From Antedon mediterranea (lineage: Eukaryota > Animalia > Echinodermata), in assembly GCF_964355755.1 (NCBI RefSeq), contig NC_092678.1:10600352-10664351 (forward strand): a stretch of 64,000 nt of DNA, given 5' to 3'. The notes below the pieces were generated by a model, which was given only the letters and a program-made list of their open reading frames with translations, had not been told where the DNA came from and ran no database searches. Shown piece by piece: positions 57,526 through 64,000 of this stretch. A program made the translations under genes and the position numbers. Every line of letters begins with the position of its first letter. The first letter of the stretch is position 1.

Positions 57526-57670
57526 CAATTTTCAGGCACAACAATACATGACAATACAGCGGTGCAGCACCCTGAGGATTGCCATGAGTGCAAAGCACTA
57601 TCGAGGTGGCTCTCCATATACTGCACTAGAACATATAAGACAAACATATACACAAGATGCTCTACATAAA

Positions 57671-57693
57671 CAAAGACTTAAATTAAGTCTTTG
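57671..57693. repeat. Perfect 11-bp inverted repeat in the SINE body (copy 2 at 60399-60421)
   Basis: CAAAGACTTAA-A-TTAAGTCTTTG. Confidence 0.95.
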
Positions 57694-57719
57694 GGAGTGG
57701 AGTTGTAAATTGTCATGAG

Positions 57720-57726
57720 AAAAAAA
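57720..57726 (-). terminator. Potential Pol III terminator, T7 (copy 1; copy 2 at 60448-60454)
   Basis: Minus strand GGGTTTTTTTCTC, about 15 nt downstream of the B box. Runs of four or more T terminate Pol III in metazoans. Confidence 0.55.
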
Positions 57727-57741
57727 CCCTTACATATGACA

Positions 57742-57752
57742 GGACTTGAACC
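57742..57752 (-). promoter_or_regulatory. RNA polymerase III internal promoter B box (copy 1; copy 2 at 60470-60480)
   Basis: Minus strand GGTTCAAGTCC matches consensus GGTTCRANYCC. Confidence 0.85.
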
Positions 57753-57785
57753 CAGGACCCTTAGATTGGTAGCCAAGCATCATAA

Positions 57786-57796
57786 CCACCAAGCCA
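57786..57796 (-). promoter_or_regulatory. RNA polymerase III internal promoter A box (copy 1; copy 2 at 60514-60524)
   Basis: Minus strand TGGCTTGGTGG against consensus TRGCNNARYGG (one mismatch), 33 nt upstream of the B box. Confidence 0.75.
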
Positions 57797-57809
57797 CAGC
57801 TCCACTGAA

Positions 57810-60226
57810 GATTTGAAGGTATTCTGAGCACTTTGGTGTTTTTGTGTGAAAAGTTTTAACGAAATGCTCAAAATGGTCTAAAACGGTTTCTAATGTGATT
57901 TTAACCACTTTGATGTTTTTGTGTAACCAAGTTCTTTTCAAAAATCACAAAATGGTCTAAAACGTCTCCAAATGCGATTTGAAGCTCTTCTGTACACTTT
58001 GATGTTTTGTGTGAAAAAGTTTTGTCGAAATGCTCAAAATGGTCTAAAACGTTTTTAAATACGATATTAAGCTGTTTTGTGCACTTTGATGATTTGTGTG
58101 AAAAGTTTTAACGAAATGCTCAAAATAGTCTATAACGGTTTCTAATGTGATTTTAAGCACTTTGATGTTTTTGTGTAATCAAGTTTTTTTGGAAATCACA
58201 AAATGGTCTAAAACGTCTCCAAATGCGATTTGAAGCTTTTCTAAGCACTTTGGTGTTTTTATGTTAACAAGTTTTTTCGAAAATCACAAAATGGTCTAAA
58301 ACGTCTCAAAATGCGATTTGAAGGTATTCTGAGCACTTTGGTGTTTTTGTGTGAAAAGTTTTAACGAAATGCTCAAAATGGTCTAAAACGGTTTCTAATG
58401 TGATTTTAACCACTTTGATGTTTTTGTGTAACCAAGTTTTTTCGAAAATCACAAAATGGTCTAAAACGTCTCCAAATGCGATTTGAAGCTATTCTGTACA
58501 CTTTGATGTTTTGTGTGAAAAAAGTTTTGTCGAAATGCTCAAAATGGTCTAAAACGTTTTTAAAACGATATTAAGCTATTTTATGCTCTTTGATGTTTTT
58601 GTGTAACCAAGTTTTTTCGAAAATCACAAAATTGTCTAAAACGTCTCCGAATGCGACTTGAAGCTCTTCTGTACACTTTGATGTTTTGTGTGAAAAAGTT
58701 TTCTCGAAATGCTAAAAATGGTATAAAAACGTTTTCCAATACCATATTAAGCTATTTTGTGCAATTTGATGTTTTTGTGTAACCAAGTTTTTTCGAAAAT
58801 CACAAAATTGTCTAAAACGTCTCCGAATGCGATTTGAAGCTCTTCTGTACACTTTGATGTTTTGTGTGAAAAAGTTTTCTCGAAATGCTAAAAATGGTCT
58901 AAAACGTTTTCCAATACCATATTAAGCTATTTTGTGCAATTTGATGTTTTTGTGTAACAAAGTTTTTTCGAAAATCACAAAATGGTCTAAAACGTCTCCA
59001 AATGCGATTTGAAGATATTCTGAGCACTTTGGTGTTTTTATGTTAAAAATTTTTTTGGAAAATCACAAAATGGTCTAAAACGACTCCAAATGCGATTTGA
59101 AGCTATCCTGTACACTTTGATGTTTTGTGTGAAAAAGTTTTGTCGAAATGCTCAAAATGATCTAAAACGTTTTTAAAACGATATTAAGCTATTTTGTGCT
59201 CTTTGATGTTTTTGTCTATCCAAGTTTCATCGAAATGAACAAAATGGTCTAAAACGTCTCCAAATGCGATTTGAAGGTATTCTGAGCACTTTGGTGTTTT
59301 TGTGTGAAAAGTTTTAACGAAATGCTCAAAATGGTCTAAAACGGTTTCTAATGTGATTTTAACCACTTTGATGTTTTTGTGTAACCAAGTTCTTTTCGAA
59401 AATCACAAAATGGTCTAAAACGTCTCCAAATGCGATTTGAAGCTTTTCTAAGCACTTTGATGTTTTTATGTAGCCAAGTTTTTTCGAAAATCACAAAATG
59501 GTCAAAAACGTCTCCAAATGCGATTTGAAGCTTTTCTAAGCACTTTGGTTTTTTTATGTTAACAAGTTTTTTCGAAAATCACAAAATGGTCTAAAACGTC
59601 TTCAAATGCGATTTGAAGATATTCTGAGCACTTTGGTGTTTTTCTGTTAAAAAGTATTTTCGAAAATCACAAAATGGTCTAAAACGTCTCCAAATGCGAT
59701 TTGAAGCTATTCTGTACACTTTGATGTTTTGTGTGAAAAAGTTTTGTCAAAATGCTCAAAATGGTCTAAAACGTTTTTAAAACGATATTAAGCTATTTTG
59801 TGCTCTTTGATGTGTTTGTATAACCAAGTTTTTTCGAAAATCACAAAATGGTCTAAAACGTCTCCAAATGCGATTTGAAGCTTTTCCAAGCACTTTGCTG
59901 TTTTTATGTTAACAATTTTTTTCGAAAATCATAAAATGGTCTAAAACGTCTCCAAATGCGATTTGAAGCTATTCTGTACACTTTGATGTTTTGTGTGAAA
60001 AGTTTTGTCGAAATGCTCAAAATGGTCTAAAACGTTTTTAAAACGATATTAAGCTATTTTGTGCTCTTTGATGTTTTTGTGTAACCAAGTTTCATCGAAA
60101 TGAACAAAATGGTCTAAAACGTCTCCAAATGCGATTTGAAGCTTTTCTAAGCACTTTGGTGTTTTTATGTTAACAAGTTTTTTCGAAAATCACAAAATGG
60201 TCTAAAACGTCTCCAAATGCGATTTG
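57810..60226. repeat. Same ~88-bp satellite array, segment between the two SINE-like copies
   Basis: Resumes at GATTTGAAGGTATTCTGAGC with the same monomer subtypes and orientation. Confidence 0.98.
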
Positions 60227-60537
60227 TTATTTTTATTTTTTTTTATTTTTATTCAATTTTCAGGCACAACAATACATGACAATACAGCGGTGCAGCACCC
60301 TGAGGATTGCCATGAGTGCAAAGCACTATCGAGGTGGCTCTCCATATACTGCACTAGAACATATAAGACAAACATATACACAAGATGCTCTACATAAACA
60401 AAGACTTAAATTAAGTCTTTGGGAGTGGAGTTGTAAATTGTCATGAGAAAAAAACCCTGACATATGACAGGACTTGAACCCAGGACCCTTAGATTGGTAG
60501 CCAAGCATCATAACCACCAAGCCACAGCTCCACTGAA
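60227..60537 (-). mobile_element. tRNA-derived SINE-like retroposon, 311 bp, copy 2 (duplicate of copy 1)
   Basis: Matches 57499-57809 at offset 2728, with the same junctions and tail structure. I found one substitution (T57731 vs G60459). Confidence 0.88.
60465..60531 (-). pseudogene. tRNA-like head of the SINE, copy 2
   Basis: Same sequence as 57737-57803 at offset 2728. Confidence 0.75.
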
Positions 60538-63500
60538 GATTTGAAGGTATTCTGAGCACTTTGGTGTTTTTGTGTGAAAAGTTTTAACGAAATGCTCAAA
60601 ATGGTCTAAAACGGTTTCTAATGTGATTTTAACCACTTTGATGTTTTTGTGTAACCAAGTTCTTTTCGAAAATCACAAAATGGTCTAAAACGTCTCCAAA
60701 TGCGATTTGAAGCTCTTCTGTACACTTTGATGTTTTGTGTGAAAAAGTTTTGTCGAAATGCTCAAAATGGTCTAAAACGTTTTTAAATACGATATTAAGC
60801 TGTTTTGTGCACTTTGATGATTTGTGTGAAAAGTTTTAACGAAATGCTCAAAATAGTCTATAACGGTTTCTAATGTGATTTTAAGCACTTTGATGTTTTT
60901 GTGTAATCAAGTTTTTTTGGAAATCACAAAATGGTCTAAAACGTCTCCAAATGCGATTTGAAGCTTTTCTAAGCACTTTGGTGTTTTTATGTTAACAAGT
61001 TTTTTCGAAAATCACAAAATGGTCTAAAACGTCTCAAAATGCTATTTGAAGGTATTCTGAGCACTTTGGTGTTTTTGTGTGAAAAGTTTTAACGAAATGC
61101 TCAAAATGGTCTAAAACGGTTTCTAATGTGATTTTAACCACTTTGATGTTTTTGTGTAACCAAGTTTTTTCGAAAATCACAAAATGGTCTAAAACGTCTC
61201 CAAATGCGATTTGAAGCTATTCTGTACACTTTGATGTTTTGTGTGAAAAAAGTTTTGTCGAAATGCTCAAAATGGTCTAAAACGTTTTTAAAACGATATT
61301 AAGCTATTTTATGCTCTTTGATGTTTTTGTGTAACCAAGTTTTTTCGAAAATCACAAAATTGTCTAAAACGTCTCCGAATGCGATTTGAAGCTCTTCTGT
61401 ACACTTTGATGTTTTGTGTGAAAAAGTTTTCTCGAAATGCTAAAAATGGTATAAAAACGTTTTCCAATACCATATTAAGCTATTTTGTGCAATTTGATGT
61501 TTTTGTGTAACCAAGTTTTTTCGAAAATCACAAAATTGTCTAAAACGTCTCCGAATGCGATTTGAAGCTCTTCTGTACACTTTGATGTTTTGTGTGAAAA
61601 AGTTTTCTCGAAATGCTAAAAATGGTCTAAAACGTTTTCCAATACCATATTAAGCTATTTTGTGCAATTTGATGTTTTTGTGTAACAAAGTTTTTTCGAA
61701 AATCACAAAATGGTCTAAAACGTCTCCAAATGCGATTTGAAGATATTCTGAGCACTTTGGTGTTTTTATGTTAAAAAGTTTTTTGGAAAATCACAAAATG
61801 GTCTAAAACGACTCCAAATGCGATTTGAAGCTATCCTGTACACTTTGATGTTTTGTGTGAAAAAGTTTTGTCGAAATGCTCAAAATGATCTAAAACGTTT
61901 TTAAAACGATATTAAGCTATTTTGTGCTCTTTGATGTTTTTGTGTATCCAAGTTTCATCGAAATGAACAAAATGGTCTAAAACGTCTCCAAATGCGATTT
62001 GAAGGTATTCTGAGCACTTTGGTGTTTTTGTGTGAAAAGTTTTAACGAAATGCTCAAAATGGTCTAAAACGGTTTCTAATGTGATTTTAACCACTTTGAT
62101 GTTTTTGTGTAACCAAGTTCTTTTCGAAAATCACAAAATGGTCTAAAACGTCTCCAAATGCGATTTGAAGCTTTTCTAAGCACTTTGGTGTTTTTATGTT
62201 AAAAAGTTTTTTCGAAAATCACAAAATGGTCTAAAACGTCTCCAAATGTGATTTGAAGCTCTTCTGTACACTTTGATGTTTTGTGTGAAAAAGTTTTGTC
62301 GAAATGCTCAAAATGGTCTAAAACGTTTTTAAATACGATATTAAGCTGTTTTGTGCACTTTGATGATTTGTGTGAAAAGTTTTAACGAAATGTTCAAAAT
62401 AGTCTAAAACGGTTTCTAATGTGATTTTAAGCACTTTGATGTTTTTGTGTAACCAAGTTTTTTCGAAAATCACAAAATGGTCTAAAACGTCTCCAAATGC
62501 GATTTGAAGATATTCTGAGCACTTTGCTGTTTTTATGTTAACATGTTTTTTCGAAAATCACAAAATGGTCTAAAACGTCTCAAAATGCTATTTGAAGGTA
62601 TTCTGAGCACTTTGGTGTTTTTGTGTGAAAAGTTTTAACGAAATGCTCAAAATGGTCTAAAACGGTTCTAATGTGATTTGAAACACTTTGATGTTTTGTG
62701 TGAAAAAGTTTTGTCAAAATGCTCAAAATGGTCTAAAACGTTTTTAAAACGATATTAAGCTATTTTGTGCTCTTTGATGTTTTTGTATAACCAAGTTTTT
62801 TCGAAAATCACAAAATGGTCTAAAACGTCTCCAAATGCGATTTGAAGATATTCTGAGCACTTTGGTGTTTTTATGTTAAAAAGTTTTTTCGAAAATCACA
62901 AAATGGTCTAAAACGTCTCCAAATGCGATTTGAAGATATTCTGAGCACTTTGGTGTTTTTATGTTAAAAAGTTTTTTCGAAAATCACAAAATGGTCTAAA
63001 ACGTCTCCAAATGCGATTTGAAGCTATTCTATACACTTTGATGTTTTGTGTTAAAAAGTTTTGTCGAAATGCTCAAAATGGTTTAAAACGTTTTTAAAAC
63101 GATATTAAGCTATTTTGTGCTCTTTGATGTTTTTGTGTAACCAAGTTTCATCGAAATGAACAAAATGGTCTAAAACGTCTCCAAATGCGATTTGAAGCTT
63201 TTCCAAGCACTTTGCTGTTTTTATGTTAACAAGTTTTTTCGAAAATCACAAAATTGTCTAAAACGTCTCAAAATGCGATTTGAAGGTATTCTGAGCACTT
63301 TGGTGTTTTTGTGTGAAAAGTTTTAACGAAAAGCTCAAAATGGTCTAAAACGGTTCTAATGTGATTTTAAGCACTTTGATGTTTTTGTACAACCAAGTTT
63401 CATCGAAATGCTCAAAATGGTCTAAAACGTTTTTAAAACGATATTAAGCTATTTTGTGCTCTTTGATGTTTTTGTGTAACCAAGTTTTTTCGAAAATCAC

Positions 63501-64000
63501 AAAATGGTCTAAAACGTCTCCAAATGCGATTTGAAGCTTTTCTAAACACTTTGGTGTTTTTGTGTTAACAAGTTTTTTCGAAAATCACAAAATGGTCTAA
63601 AACGTCTCAAAATGCGATTTGAAGGTATTCTGAGCACTTTGGTGTTTTTGTGTGAAAAGTTTTAACGAAATGCTCAAAATGGTCTAAAACGGTTTCTAAT
63701 GTGATTTTAACCACTTTGATGTTTTTGTGTAACCAAGTTCTTTTCGAAAATCACAAAATGGTCTAAAATGTCTCCAAATGCGATTTGAAGCTTTTCTAAG
63801 CACTTTGGTGTTTTTATGTTAACAAGTTTTTTTGAAAATCACAAAATGGTCTAAAACGTCTCAAAATGCGATTTGAAGGTATTCTGAGCACTTTGGTGTT
63901 TTTGTGTGAAAATTTTTAACGAAATGCTCAAAATGGTCTAAAACGGTTTCTAATGTGATTTTAACCACTTTGATGTTTTTGTGTAACCAAGTTTTTTCGA
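60538..64000. repeat. Same ~88-bp satellite array, continuing off the right edge
   Basis: Same monomer subtypes and orientation to the last base. Confidence 0.98.

Larger units (their letters stand above)
57737..57803 (-). pseudogene. tRNA-like head of the SINE, copy 1; not a functional tRNA
   Basis: AATCTAAGGGTCCTGGGTTCAAGTCCTG resembles, from recall, the 3' half of eukaryotic tRNA-Lys(UUU) (AATCTGAGGGTCCAGGGTTCAAGTCCCTG). The anticodon-position loop reads CTACCAA. The anticodon stem is imperfect and the canonical acceptor 3' strand does not pair. Confidence 0.75.
57499..57809 (-). mobile_element. tRNA-derived SINE-like retroposon, 311 bp, copy 1
   Basis: Non-satellite insert. The minus strand begins TTCAGTGGAGCTGTGGCTTGGTGGTTATGATGCTTGGCTACCAATCTAAGGGTCCTGGGTTCAAGTCCTG (A box and B box at tRNA spacing), continues through a unique body and ends GAATAAAAATAAAAAAAAATAAAAATAA. 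GATTTG flanks both sides. Confidence 0.88.
57493..57815. repeat. 6-bp flanking direct repeat GATTTG (57493-57498 and 57810-57815; copy 2 at 60221-60226 and 60538-60543), candidate target-site duplication
   Basis: ATGC-GATTTG-[insert]-GATTTG-AAGG, whereas an uninterrupted monomer has a single GATTTG. Confidence 0.65.
56730..62176. repeat. Tandem duplication of ~2.7 kb carrying the SINE (56730-59448 and 59449-62176)
   Basis: Offset is 2728 for the SINE and the 59184/61912 ORF pair, and 2719 upstream of a 9-bp deletion near 57090. The junction lies in shared TAAGCACTTTG at 59449-59459. Confidence 0.9.

Noticed and set aside
57562-57626. Hammerhead ribozyme on the + strand (CTGAGGA fits CUGANGA and is followed by a hairpin)
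   Set aside because: No GAAA follows the candidate stem II, and I could not build stem III or an NUH cleavage site. An Infernal search with Rfam hammerhead models would settle it.
57737-57803. Functional tRNA gene (ACC at the anticodon position)
   Set aside because: The anticodon and T stems are mismatched, there is no canonical acceptor stem, and it is fused to a body and A-rich tail. It fits a SINE head.
57696-57806. MITE or DNA transposon defined by the 13-bp inverted repeat
   Set aside because: One arm is internal to the 311-bp insert, the arms are imperfect at DNA level, and no target duplication flanks them. The insert ends in an A-rich tail.
60227-60537. Independent, site-specific second SINE insertion into the satellite
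   Set aside because: Identical junctions, tail structure and ~2.7 kb of shared flanking variants show it is a segmental copy of the first.
60326-60559. 77-aa ORF MLRIPSNLQWSCGL...
   Set aside because: It starts in satellite and runs through the SINE tRNA head. It is open only because of one substitution (copy 1 has a TAA stop there), so it is a chance ORF.
4081-62094. Recurrent 60-88 aa minus-strand ORFs (MVKITLETVLDHF..., MEKLQIAFGD...)
   Set aside because: They are translations of 2-3 satellite monomers. Lengths of 87 and 78 bp keep frame by chance, neighbouring copies are broken by stops and frameshifts, and most use non-ATG starts. I recognise no domain or gene context.
1-64000. CRISPR-like alternation of a constant box and variable segments
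   Set aside because: The variable segments are homologous to each other and recur hundreds of times. There are no unique spacers, leader or cas genes.

Overview
The window is eukaryotic-type satellite DNA with no credible protein-coding genes. About 99% is one AT-rich (~31% GC in the first monomer) head-to-tail tandem array in a single orientation. Its monomers are ~88 bp (main variants 88, 87 and 78 bp) and fall into about eight subtypes. These are ordered in variable higher-order repeats (e.g. 691, 438 and ~253 bp units) and amplified by recent kilobase-scale duplications (1010, 1984, 2728, 3431 and 8783 bp offsets, plus a ~7.4 kb block repeated ~25 kb away). The only non-satellite sequence is a 311-bp minus-strand tRNA-derived SINE-like element, present twice (57499-57809 and 60227-60537) because one insertion was copied by a 2.7-kb array duplication. 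It has Pol III A and B boxes, an internal T7 run, several hairpins, an A-rich tail and a 6-bp flanking direct repeat. All listed ORFs are best explained as by-products of the repeat. Coordinates were read by eye and may be off by a few bases. The organism and any centromeric function cannot be determined from the sequence alone.
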